From Cetorhinus maximus (Eukaryota): a stretch of DNA of 64,000 nucleotides. The stretch is taken from positions 34,038,001-34,102,000 of the forward strand of contig NC_135889.1 of NCBI RefSeq assembly GCF_964194155.1. The letters run 5' to 3'. The position numbers and the translations under genes were made by a program. The notes beneath the pieces are model-generated. The model saw nothing but the letters and a program-made list of their open reading frames with translations. It did no database searches and had not been told where the DNA came from. This document shows positions 25,420 through 37,045 of the stretch, piece by piece. Positions within the stretch are counted from its first letter, which is position 1. Each line of letters starts with the position of its first letter.

Positions 25420-25900
25420 ATGTCTATGTCATCTCCCAAGCCAACTTGCTCAGCATCGAGGTGCTAATCACTCAAAACCAGCTCCACTGAATAGGATATG
25501 TCGTTCGAATGCCTGACAGCAGACTCCTGAAGCAATGACTCTACTTGGAACATGGTTGCAGCAGGAGGCTCCCAGGAGGACAGTGGAAACGTTTTAGGGA
25601 TATCCTCAAAGCGCCCGTGAAGAGGTCAAACATAGCTGTCAATCCATGGGAGATCCAGGGAAGACACATTCAGGAAGGTACCAAACAGATCAAGAGACTT
25701 CTTTGGGAACATGCAGAGGCAAAGTCAAGGCGTCAGAGAGACTATACAATCCTCCAAACAACCTATCTATCCAACCCTTCAAACACTACCTGCTCCACAT
25801 GTAGCAGAACCTGCATATTGCACATTGGGTTTTGGGATGGCTAATAAATCCAAAGAACCAGAGTGGAAGCAAGCCATCTTCAGCCCTGAACCAAGTAGAA
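25420..25900 (+). mobile_element. RTE-clade LINE 3' fragment
   Basis: QNQLH..GYVVRMPDSRLLKQ..GGQWKRFRDILK and C-x2-C..HIG motifs; 3' end gtggaagcaagccatcttc shared with 53792-54088. Confidence 0.8.
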
Positions 25901-26299
25901 GGAAGGTAATCCAAAACGAACGCCTCCATCCCCAATCTCTTCCCGTAGTTACACTTTAGTTAGTATCTTATTGTCCTTCAAATATTTCTTCAATTATCCC
26001 TCAAAATTTTATATTTTCCGGGAAGAAGCTTTTAATACTTCCTGGATTAATAACGAATCAGCTAGCAATTCAAATTAAGTTAAGCATAAACTTATATTTT
26101 ACCATTTTGAACACTCTTCGTCCGCTTTAGTTCCATTGTTATTACATAATTTAGTGATTTTTTTCCCTGACTCAATGTGTAACAACATAAAATAACAATA
26201 AAAATAAAAACATTTTACAACTAAGGAAACTATAAATGAAATCTTCCACCTTGTATTTTTCGTTCCACTTTTGGCTTATTATAAATCCATGCACCAACC

Positions 26300-26572
26300 T
26301 AATTTCCTGAACACACACACACACAAAAACTCCCCCTCCTCTCCTTTTCCTTTACAAAACCCATTTTCTTGCAACTGTGTGCTGGCGCATGTAGATACGA
26401 ATCAGAAGCCAACCAGCCAGAGTGAGAGGCCTGGGCTCCTCCCCTTGTGAAAGCGTCAGGCATGAGGAAGCGGCGATGCTGTTGACGTGCCTCTGCCGGT
26501 AGTTGCCGCTCACCAGCTCGCAGCGAGTAACTTGGACAGCGGAGAAACAAAAAAGGAAGGAAAGTGGGCAGC
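26300..26572. promoter_or_regulatory. CpG-rich divergent promoter region of TBCCD1/DNAJB11 with a UPRE-like motif
   Basis: Sharp GC/CpG rise; TGACGTG at 26483-26489 (XBP1/ATF6/CREB-type core); GGAAG ETS motif; no TATA seen. DNAJB11 is an established UPR target. Confidence 0.7.
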
Positions 26573-26637
26573 ATGGCGGCGAGCGTGCGTTCTGTCTGTA
26601 TCGTGCTGCTGTGCCTGAGCGGGGAGGTGCTGACAGG
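26573..26637 (+). CDS. DNAJB11: DnaJ homolog subfamily B member 11 (ERdj3) exon 1, signal peptide
   Basis: gcagcATGG Kozak; MAASVRSVCIVLLCLSGEVLTG; donor GG|GTGAGT; phase joins exon 2 to give G-RDFYKIL. Confidence 0.92.
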
Positions 26638-26928
26638 GTGAGTGGCCCGGGGAGGGGAGAGCATAGGTACATCTCCAGCTCAGGTTCATGCTGCTTTCCC
26701 CACCGACACCCCTAATGAGAATGAATATCGAGGTTATTGACGCGTTAGGCAACCCTAGTTTAACCACCGGGTGGGAACTTGTTCAGTTATCTTTAACCAA
26801 AAATATTGCAGGGATTACCCTGGCCCGTGCAGTGCTCCACTTCAGTATATGAAGGTGTTGTGTTATAAAGTATTAGTTGAATTGTGTATATTTTATTTAT
26901 ATCTGTTGTATTTTTTGTGTGAGCACAG

Positions 26929-27085
26929 ACGGGATTTCTACAAGATCCTGGGGGTTTCTAAAAGCGCTTCGGTGAAGGATATCAAAAAGGCTTATCGTAA
27001 ACTGGCGCTGCAGCTGCACCCTGACAGAAACCCGGACGATCCGGCAGCGCAGGATAAGTTCCAGGATTTGGGGGCTGCTTATGAG
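26929..27085 (+). CDS. DNAJB11: DNAJB11 exon 2 (J domain, HPD motif)
   Basis: cAG|A CGG GAT...TAT GAG|GTACG; [52 protein letters not shown]. Confidence 0.98.
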
Positions 27086-27959
27086 GTACGGAGCAGGGCA
27101 TGTAGTGTGTGTGGGTGCTGGGAGTAAATGCAATGACTTGTGTGGTGAGGGTTAGGTACATTCGGCCTTTCCATGTGAAGTCTCATAGTCACTTTTTTAG
27201 TTCTGAGTTGTGATGATGACAAATCAGGGAGACTGTGTGGCTTCAGCTCATTGGCTACTGGTGAGGAGGTGAAAGGTCGCTCACTATAATTCAACAGACT
27301 GCTGGAGCAGCTGTTGTAAGATTCTCAACTTTCATATTGTTGTAATTCCATTTTTTGCAGGTCTCTGATACTTTTAGTTCAATGTTTAAACGGTTTAACA
27401 ATATAACTGTTAAACAGTATTTTGTTTCCTAACATATTTTCTAGAACGTGCCCAATTTATAAGTTTGAGATGTATTTCTGCATGGTAGTAAATTCACAGT
27501 ACTTTTAATAATTTAGGGTCCCCAAGTGTGTGGTGGAGTTTAACTGGCTAAAGGTACGTGGTTCACCAGTTAAGAACACTAGTAAGCTTAGGAGATGCAA
27601 ATCTGCCCTTCCACCTCTTGCTGAGAGTCTCAAAGACCCCTCTGTGAAACAATTACATGAACTTCCTCCAGTTTAAGAAAGAACTTGCATTTAGGTGCAA
27701 GGTGACCTTGTATGACCTCAGGATGTCCCAGTACTCCTTACAACTAATGAAGTTTTGTGTTCGTTGACCATGGTTGGAGCTTTTCTATATCAGGGAAACT
27801 GGGATAACTGCTTTGCTGAAGGACCTATGCTTTGTCTGCAGGTGCAGTCATGAGCTCCCAGTTTTTTGCCATTTCAATTCTCTGAGCCAGTTTGACTTCT
27901 GTCTTTAGCCTTCTGTTCTTCTTTAAATTAAGCTTGATGAACAGCATCTCATCTTTCTA

Positions 27960-28300
27960 GAATCACAGAATGTCACAACACAGAAGGGAGCCATTTGGCC
28001 TATTGTGTTTGCTGGCCCTCTGAAGGAGCTTTCACCTAGTGCCCTCTCCCCTGTAGCCCTGCAAGTTTTTCCTTTTCAGATAATCAAATTCCCATTCAAA
28101 AGCTTTCATTGACTCTACCTCTATCACACTCTCGGGCAGTGCACTCCAGATCCTAACTAAAAGTTTTTCCTTGTGTCGCTAATGCTGCTTTTGCCAAATA
28201 ACTTAGATCTGTGCCCTCTGATTTTTGATTCTTCCACCAATGGGAACAGTTTTTCCTTATCTACTCTGTCCATACTCCTCAATTTTGAATACCTCTCATC
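27960..28300 (-). mobile_element. CR1 LINE 3' end
   Basis: cacagaagggagccatttggccta...ctcgggcagtgcactccagatcctaac; similar to 44750-45045. Confidence 0.75.
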
Positions 28301-28478
28301 CCTAGTGTCAATGTCCTATTTTTTACACAGTAAGCTCCCAGCAGCCTGCCTGACCTTGCTGTTTTTCATGCTTCCTCTCAACCTCTTTTAGTTTTTCACA
28401 CACTTTGTTTCTAGTATGTCTTTTTGCTTTCTCTCATGCTTGCTTTCATCTCCTGCTAATATCACCTGCCATTAATAT

Positions 28479-31400
28479 TTTTGCCTTATTCACCTTCATT
28501 GCTTTCCATTTCTCTCCTGGTGTTTGACAAGGTGTTTACTAAAACCCGCTTTCACAGCCATATTTCCTTTCTCAGTGACTGTCTCCGTCTCTGACTCACC
28601 ACACGTGGATTTCAACTGAAATTCCATCCCTCTTGTTTCGAACCCATCCAGGATTACAGGTATCTCCGGGACATAAAACGTTTCTCGGACTGCTGTTCCC
28701 ATCGCATTCTGAGATCCACACTCAGTGCCATGCGCCGCCATATGAACACACTCGACCTCTCCCTCCAGCAGCACCGCCGCACCCTTTTTCAAAGCTGCGG
28801 GTGCCCCCAGTTTCATTTTATTCTTCGTCTCATCCGACGCCTCAACAAGAAACTTTTTCTCTTTCTCTCAAGTGCTAAGGAACGCAAGCTCCAACAACTC
28901 ATCGACACCAACACCCATCTAGGACCTTCCACCCCTGCTTGTCCCTCCGTCCCCACCCCATCTTCCAATCCCAGCCCCGGCCGTGTATTCACTATACCCC
29001 CTGACCTTCCCCTCTCCGATGCTGAACGTTCAGTGCTCAGCAAAGGACTTAGTTTCATACCCTTACGCCCTCATCTCAATGAATTTCGGGCTCGGCATGA
29101 TGCTGAACTCTTCTTCCGCCGTCTTCGTCTCCGTGCTCACTTCTTTGGGCAGGAGTCCACTCCCCGTTCAACGGATCCTTTTACCCACCTCCAATATTCT
29201 CCCTCCACCTGGACCCCTCCCTCTGGATTCTTACCTTTTCTTGATCTTTTCATTGAGAACTGTCGGCGTGACATTAGTCGTCTCAATTTCTCTGCTCCTC
29301 TCACCCATTCTAATCTGTCTCTCTCTGAACTTACTGCACTCCGTTCTCTCAGGTCCAACCCCGACATTGTCATCAAACCTGCTGACCAGGGTGGTGCTAT
29401 TGTTGTCTGGTGCACTGACCTCTACCTCGCGGAGGCTGAGCGTCAACTCGCAGACACTTCCTCCTACCTCTCCCTAGGCCATGACCCCACCACTGAACAT
29501 CAAGCCATTGTTTCCAGGACTGTCACTGACCTCATCTCCTCTGGAGATCTTCCTCCCACAGCTTCCAACCTGATAGTCGCCCAACCTCGGACGGCCCGCT
29601 TCTACCTCCTACCAAAATCCACAAACAGAACTGTCCCGGCAGACCGATCGTGTCAGCCTGTTCCTGCCCCACGGAACTCATTTCTCGTTATCTTGACTCC
29701 CTTCTCTCTCCCCTTGTCCAGTCCCTTCCCACCTACATCGGTGATTCCTCTGACACCTTACGTCACATCAACAATTTCCAGTTCCCTGGCCCCAACCGCT
29801 TCCTCTTCACCATGGACGTCCAATCCCTCTACACCTCCATCCCCCACCAGGGTGGTCTGAGGGCCCTTAGCTTCTTCCTTGAACAGAGGCCCGAACAATC
29901 CCCATCCACCACTACTCTCCTCCGTCTGGCTGAACTTGTTCTCACACTGAACAATTTCTCCTTTAACTCCTCTCACTTCCTCCAAAAAAAGGTGTGGCTA
30001 TGGGTACCCGCATGGACCCCAGCTATGCCTGTCTCTTTATGGGGTATGTGGAACATTCCTTGTTCCAGTCCTACTCCGGCCCCCTCCCACAACTCTTTCT
30101 CCGGTACATCGATGATTACTTCGGTGCTGCTTCATGCTCTCGTCGGGACCTGGAAAAATTTATTAATTTTGCTTCCAATCTCCACCCCTCCATCATTTTC
30201 ACATGGTCCATCTCTGACACTTCCCTGCCCTTCCTTGACCTCTCTGTCTCAATTTCTAGTGATAGACTGTCCACCAATATCCATTACAAGCCTACCGACT
30301 CCCACAGCTACCTCGACTACAGCTCCTCACACCCGGCTTCCTGTAAGGACTCCATCCCATTCTCTCAGATCCTTCGCCTCCGTCGCATCTGTTCTGATGA
30401 TGCTACCTTCAAAAACAGTTCCTCTGACATGTCCTCCTCCTTCCTTAACCGAGGTTTTCCACCCACGGTCGTTGACAGGGTCCTCAACCGTGTCCGGCCC
30501 ATCTCCCGTGCATCCGCCCTCACGCCTTCTCCTCCCTCCCAGAAACATGATAGGGTCCCCCTTGTCCTCACTTATCACCCCACCAGCCTCCGCATTCAAA
30601 GGATTATCCTCCGCCATTTCCGCCAACTCCAGCATGATGCCACCACCAAACACATCTTCCCTTCACCCCCCCCGGCGGCATTCCGTAGGGATCGTTCCCT
30701 CCGGGACACTCTGGTCCACTCCTCCATCACCCCCTACTCCTCAACCCCCACCTATGGCACCTCCCCATGCCCACGCAGAAGATGCAACACCTGCCCCTTC
30801 ACTTCCTCTCTCCTCACCGTCCAAGGGCCCAAACACTCCTTTCAAGTGAAGCAGCATTTCACTTGCATTTCCCCTAATTTAGTCTACTGCATTCGTTGCT
30901 CCCAATGCGGTCTCCTCTACATTGGAGAGACGAAACGTAAACTGGGCGACCGCTTTGCAGAACACCTGCGGTCTGTCCGCAAGAAAGACCCAAACCTCCC
31001 TGTCGCTTGCCATTTTAACACTCCACCCTGCTGTCTTGCCCACATGTCTGTCCTTGGCTTGCTGCATTGTTCCAGTGAAGCCCAATGCAAACTGGAGGAA
31101 CAGAACCTCATCTTCCGACTAGGCACTTTACAGCCTTCCGGACTGAATATTGAATTCAACAACTTTAGATCTTGAACTCCCTCCCCCATCCCCACCCACT
31201 TTCCGTTTCTTCCCCCTTCCTTTTGTTTTTTCCAATAATTTATATAGATTTTTCTTTTCCCACCTATTTCCATTATTTTTAAATCTATAACTGTAATGCC
31301 CTGTCAGTCTTTCCACCCCACCTCCACTAGAGCTGTACCTTGAGTGTCCTGCCATCCATTCTTAATTAGCACATTCTCTTAGATAATATCACCACCTTTT

Positions 31401-31669
31401 ACACGTCTTTGTTCCTTTGTCTGTGACATCTTTTGATTATCTGCTCCTATCACTGCTTGCTTGTCCCTATAACCACCCCCACCCCAACTACTCTCTCTCC
31501 CCCCCCCCCCCCACCTCCCCACCTTAAACCAGCTTATATTTCACCCCTCTCCTAACTTTACTCAGTTCTGCTGAAGGGTCATGAGGACTCGAAACGTCAA
31601 CTCTTTTCTTCTCTGCAGATGCTGCCAGACCTGCTGAGTTTTTCCAGGTAATTCTGTTTTTGTTTTGTG
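28479..31669 (+). mobile_element. Near full-length Penelope-like element (RT + GIY-YIG endonuclease), inactivated
   Basis: IKPADQGG, FYLLPK, TMDVQSLYTSIP, AMGT, RYIDD, and GIY-YIG LVYCIRCSQCGLLYIGETKR..RFAEH. In-frame TGA at 28592 and frameshifts near 29615 and 29985. Candidate TSD ATTAATAT at 28471-28478 and 31670-31677. Confidence 0.95.
31564..31602 (+). ncRNA. Minimal type-I hammerhead ribozyme-like motif in the Penelope 3' terminal repeat (A6C core variant)
   Basis: Stem I AGTT/AACT; core CTGCTGA; extra A; stem II GGGTC/GACTC; GAAA; palindromic ACGT stem III; GUC cleavage triplet. PLEs are known to carry minimal hammerheads. Confidence 0.7.
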
Positions 31670-31936
31670 ATTAATATAAGCTGCTATTTTGTAACCAATT
31701 ATTTCAATAGGCTGTTCTTTTCATGTTTTTTTTTTGCCCTCTTACACTTGTTCTGTTCTTTTATTGATTATCTGTAATATCTTCCAGTCCTGAGGAAGTG
31801 CTGATTGACTTTTGTTTCTCCAGAGATACAGCCTGAGCTACTGAGTATTTTCAGCTTTTTCTTTTTATACTATCTCATAAAGCTTCCTGCGGTCTGTCCA
31901 GCTAGGACAAATCAACCCTTTGGGGCATTGGCTTTT

Positions 31937-32295
31937 TAAAAAATTCTTTCCTGGGATGTGGGTGTCACTGGCAAGGCCAGCAATTGTTGCCCATTCCTAA
32001 TTGCCCTTGAACCGAATGGCTTGCGAGGCCATTTCAGAGGGCAGTTAAAGGTCAACCACATTGTTGTGGATCTGAAGTCACATATAGGCCAGACCAGGTA
32101 AGGATGGCAGACTTCCTTCCCTAAAGGACATTTGTGAACAAAATGGTCACCTTTACTGAGACTAGCTTTATGTTCCAAATCTATTAACTGAATTTAAATT
32201 CCACCAGTTGTTGTGGTGGGATTTGAACCCGTGTCCCTAGAGCATTAGCCTGGGCCTCTGGATTACTAGATAATTTCCACAACACCACCATCTCC
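31937..32295 (-). mobile_element. tRNA-derived SINE sharing its 3' tail with LINE family B
   Basis: B box GGGTTCAAATCCC (minus, ~32218-32230); tail gggcaattaggaatgggcaacaattgctggcc matches the LINE 3' end at 36620-36680. Confidence 0.85.
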
Positions 32296-33319
32296 CCCTC
32301 GGTTTGTAGGATTATCTGGAGTTGGGTGGTAAGGATCTTAGCTCCAGTGACAAACCTACCCCTCCAGGTTTCATTAGTGACTCGTATTGAAATTAACCTG
32401 ATCATATTGGATCTACCTGGTTTAGATATTGGGCTACTCAACCTGCCACTTGCACTGATTTTGTTCCAGACTTCTCTGTCCAGGTTATCTCAGAGCCACC
32501 ACATCACAGAGAAACAGTCTTTAATATTTGTATGCACATAATGTAACAAATCATCTTTCAAGGCTCCCTTAGAAAGTGTATGTGAAGGAACCTAGCTTTA
32601 GTAAAATACAAATTTCTGAGTACATTGTGCCTTTAATCAGAACAAAATGGATCACATCATGTGCTGAAACAGAGAACTCATGCCAGCACTTATTCAAAAC
32701 GATCAGTTTTACTTTTTTTAATTTGTGCTTTCACATAAATAGGAGAGTGTTTTAAAACAGTACCTTTTTGAGGTGAAAATTCAAACAACGCTGAAAGTAA
32801 GCATGCATGCACAATACAGTGGTACCAACCATCTCTGAGCCTTTCCTAATTAATGCCTGGAACAGAGGTAGTTGAGTTTGGAAGATGGCCACCTAGAATG
32901 GCCAATACCCAAATTTTGTGCGCTTATTAGAAGCATGAGCAAATTAAAACATGGAGTGTTAACTTGAAGGTACCAGCCTTAATTTAGAACTCAGAATTGA
33001 ACTGGCAAGAAAAGTCTTCACCAATCCTATTTGTAATGATGTTGCAGTCTAGAAAATTCTCAGATACTTTCTTCCTCTTGCTACACACAGTCATAAATGA
33101 CTCACTCTGGTACAGTTAAAGAGTCCTCTGATCATCCTGTTCTCCAAATAAGGTCTTTCACAGAGTTGATTTCTAAAATTCGGCTTTAATCAAATTGTGG
33201 GTTATAGCCTAAAATGGCACGTGTTTGAATTCAGAAATTCCCTTTTCCACAGAAAGCAAGTTAGCACAGTTTGAATATACATCCAGAAGAATTTGTTATC
33301 TTCTTTCAGCAGCCCTCAT

Positions 33320-33510
33320 CAACATCGCACAAAAAATCAGATTATCTGGTCATGAACACATTACTGTTTGTGGGAGCTTTGCTATGTGCAAATAGGCTGC
33401 TACATTTCCTCCATTGCAACAGTGACTGCACTTAAAAGTACTTCACTGATTGTAAAGCGCTTTGAGATGTCTGATGGTTGTGAAAGATGCTATATAAATG
33501 CAAGTCTTTT
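33320..33510 (+). mobile_element. Deu-domain SINE 3' half
   Basis: gattatctggtcat...aagtacttcactgattgtaaagcgctttgag...ctatataaatgcaagtcttt. Confidence 0.8.
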
Positions 33511-33769
33511 TAATCCTAGACTTATGCAATTACAGTACAAAATTCTGAAGATTGATTTTCTGTAATGCATCCTACCATATAAGTAGGGTGCATGCAAGCC
33601 CATCTACCTTGATTTGGAAATAAAGAGGCAGATCTTCAGTTTAGCTTCTCTAAACTTGGTCTGGGATCATGGTTAAAATATTTGCAGAGTTTGATTTTGT
33701 GGATTCAGGTATTGGCTTGGTAGCACCACTATAGACTGAGCAGGTGGAGTCCTAAAGGACATAGCTGCT

Positions 33770-36690
33770 AGACTGGGTCTGTGGCAGGTGGTGAGGGAAC
33801 CAACAAGAGGGGAAAAACATACTTGACCTCATATTCACCAACCTGCCTTCCGCAGATATACCTGTCCACGACAGTACTGGTAGGAGTGACCACTGCACTG
33901 TCCTTGTGAAGACGATGTCCCGTCTTCACATTGAGGATATCCTCCATCGTGTTGTGTGGCACAACCACCGTGCTAAATAGAATAGATTTCGAACAGATCT
34001 GGCAACTCAAGACTAGGCATCCATGAGGCGATTTGAGCCATCAGGAGCAGCAGAATTGAGCTCAACCACAATCTGTAACCTTACGGCCTGGCATATCCCC
34101 CACTCTACCACTAAGCCAGGGGATCAACCCTGGTTCAATGACGAGTGCAGGAGGGCATGCCAGGAGCAGCACCAGGCATACTTAAAAGATGAGGTGTCAA
34201 CCTGGTGAAGCTACAACACAGGACTACTTGCATGCCAAACAGCATAAGCAGCAAATGATAGTCAGAGCTAAGCTATTCCACAACCAATGGGTCAGATCCA
34301 AGCTCTGCAGTCATGTCACATCCAGTCGTGAATGATGGACAATTAAACAACTCACTGGAGGAGGAGGCTCCACAAATATCCTCAGCCTTAATAATGGGTG
34401 AGCCCAACACATCAGTGCCAAAGATAAGGCTGAAGCATTTGCAACAGTCTTCAGTCAGAAGTTCCGAGTGGATGATCCATTTTGGCCTCCTCCTGAGGGC
34501 CCTAACATCACAGATGCCAGTCTTCTGCCAATTTGATTCACTCCACATGAAATCATGAAACAACTGAAGGCACTGAATACTGCAAAGGCTTTGGGCCCTG
34601 ACAATATTCCAGCAATAGTACTGAAGGCTTGTATTCCAGAACTTGCCATGCCACTAGCCAAGCTGTTCCAGTACAGCTACAACACTGGCATCCACCCGGT
34701 AATGTGGAAAATTGCCCAGGAATGTCCTGTACACAAAAAGCAGGACAAATCTAACCCAGCCAATTACTGCCCCCATCAGCCTACACTCAATCATTGGTAA
34801 AGTGATGGAAGGGGTCATTAACAGTGCTATCAAGCAACACTTGCTTAGTAATAACCTGCTCACTTGCCCCAGTCCCAGGAGGTTTACTTGGGGATGCGGC
34901 CATGGCTGAGGAGGAGCCAGGCCTGGATCCTCCTACACGATGTTTGCCGGTTCCTTGGCAGAGGATGTGGCCTACACTAAAGTACTCTGGAGCTTCCTGT
35001 CCCTGCAGCTGTCACTCGAGTCCTGTCTGGTGTCCGGGGACATCAAACAGCGGCTGAGGTTGCCCAACCCCCGGGGCCAGAGCGCTGCTGGGTTTAATGT
35101 TGTCACTGTCAGCCGACCTAGGAAGATATCAAATCTAAACACCACCTGATTGAAGCTCATGTGCAGCTGAAAGCAGATGAAAAGGCAAGGTTATTGGAGA
35201 AGGTAAAGAAACGAGAAGAGATCTTGGAGTTGATCAATAAACAGAGGGAAGAAAGAATACAGAAAGCCTGCATGCCCAGAGATCAGCAGCGAGGCTGAGG
35301 AAACCTACCAGGCTTTGAGGCAGTTTGACTGAATGTTCAGCAAATCCCTCAGAGACAAAGGGGTGCCTAGGAGAGGATGAACTACTTACATGTATTCAAT
35401 AAATACTGCATTTTCCTTCAAAAAAAAATAACCTGCTCACTGACGTTCAGTTTGGATTCCACCAGTGCTATCTAGCTCCTGATCTCATTACAGCCTTGGT
35501 TCAAACATGGACAAAAGAGCTGAACTCCAGAGGTGAGGCAAGAGTGACTGCCCTTGACATCATTTGACCGAGTGTGGCATCAAGGAGCCCAAGTAAAACA
35601 AGAGTCAGTGGGAATCGGGGAAAAATCTCTGCTTTTTGGAGTCGTACCTAGCACAAAGGAAGATTGATGTCGGTGCTGGAGGTCAATCATCTTATTTCCA
35701 GAATATCACTGCAGGAGTTCCTCCGTGCAGTGTTCTAGGTCCAACTATCTTCAGCTGCTTCATCAATGACCTTCCTTCCATCATAAGGTCAAAAGTGGGG
35801 ATGTTCACTGATGGTGCTGAACATTGCACAATTTATGACTCCCCAGATACTGAAGCAGTCCATGTCAAATGCAGCAAGACCTGGACAATATCCAGGCTTG
35901 GGCTCGTAAGTGGCATGTAACATTCGCGCCACACAAGTGTTAGGCAATGATCATCTCCAACAAGAGAGAATCTAACCATCGCCCCATGACATTCGATGGC
36001 ATTACCACTGCTGAGTCCCCCACTATCAACATCCTAGGCATTACTATTGACCAGAAACTGAACTTTACTAGCCATATAAATACTGTGGCTACAAGAGCAG
36101 ATCCGAGGCAAAGAATCCTATGGCGAGTAATTCAGCTCCTGACTCTTCAAAGCCTGTCTACCATCTACAAGGCAAAAGTCAGGAATGTGATGAAATACTC
36201 TCCACTTGCCTGGATGAGTGCAGGCTCCAATAACACTCAAGAAGCTTGATACCATCCAGGACAAATCAGCCTGCTTGTTTGGCGCCCCATCCACAAACTT
36301 TCACTCCCTCCATCGCTGTACAGTGGCAGCAGTGTGCACCATCTACAAGATGCACTGCAGGAACTCACCAAGCCTCCTTAGACAGCACCTTCCAAACCCA
36401 CTGCTATCTAGAAGGACAAAAGCAGCAAATACATGGGAACACCAGCACCTGGAAGTTCCCCTCCAAGCCACTCACTATCCTGATTTGGAAATACATTGCT
36501 GTTCCTTCACTGCCGTTGGGTCAAAATCCTAGAACATCCTTCCCTAACAGCACTGTGGATGTACCTACACCACATGGACTGCAGCAGTTCAAGAAGGCAG
36601 CTCATCACCACCTTCTCAAGGACAATTAGGGATGGGCAATAAATGCTGGACTAACCAACAACTCCCACATCTCATGAATGAGTTTTTTTT
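33770..36690 (+). mobile_element. LINE family B (CR1-group non-LTR), 5'-truncated and degenerate, interrupted by a retrocopy
   Basis: DQPWFNDEC, KALGPDNIPAIVLKACIPELAMPLAKLFQYSY, GVPPCSVLGPTIFSCFINDL, MFTD RT motifs; 3' tail ...catgaatga. Confidence 0.9.
34865..35426 (+). pseudogene. HOATZ: Processed pseudogene of cilia/flagella protein HOATZ (C11orf88)
   Basis: Intronless; ATG at 34902 in Kozak context; peptides MFAGSLAEDVAYTKVLWSFLSLQLSLESCLVSGDIKQRL and DEKARLLEKVKKREEILELINKQREERIQK resemble HOATZ ([46 protein letters not shown]). AATAAA at 35398, A-tail at 35420-35428, 15-bp TSD AATAACCTGCTCACT, frameshifts. Confidence 0.88.
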
Positions 36691-36847
36691 TAAAGTGCTG
36701 AATGGGGTGTTTATTTTGGAAGAAAGCATTTTGTGAAATTGTAGCTAGAATTTATGTGCCTCTGAAGTTCTACTTGAGAGTCAGTCACCCAAGCTGTAGA
36801 GAAGTAAACGATCAATTTAATGATCACTGTGAACTGTATTTTGATAG

Positions 36848-36945
36848 GTTTTGTCTGATGAAGAGAAGAGAAAACAGTATGACATGTATGGTGAAGAGGG
36901 CTTAAAGGAAGGTCGTCAAGGTTCCCATGATGACATATTTTCACA
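36848..36945 (+). CDS. DNAJB11: DNAJB11 exon 3
   Basis: tAG|GTT TTG...TCA CA|GTAAG; [33 protein letters not shown]. Confidence 0.97.
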
Positions 36946-36962
36946 GTAAGTACAGCTCTTCT

Positions 36963-37045
36963 TTGCAGCTCACCACCACCTTCTTGAGGGCAATTAGGGA
37001 TGGGCAATAAATGCTGGCCTAGCCAGCAATGCTCACATTCCATGA
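36963..37045 (+). mobile_element. LINE family B 3' tail fragment
   Basis: Direct copy of 36597-36680 (gcagctcaccaccaccttcttgagggcaattagggatgggcaataaatgctgg). Confidence 0.85.
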
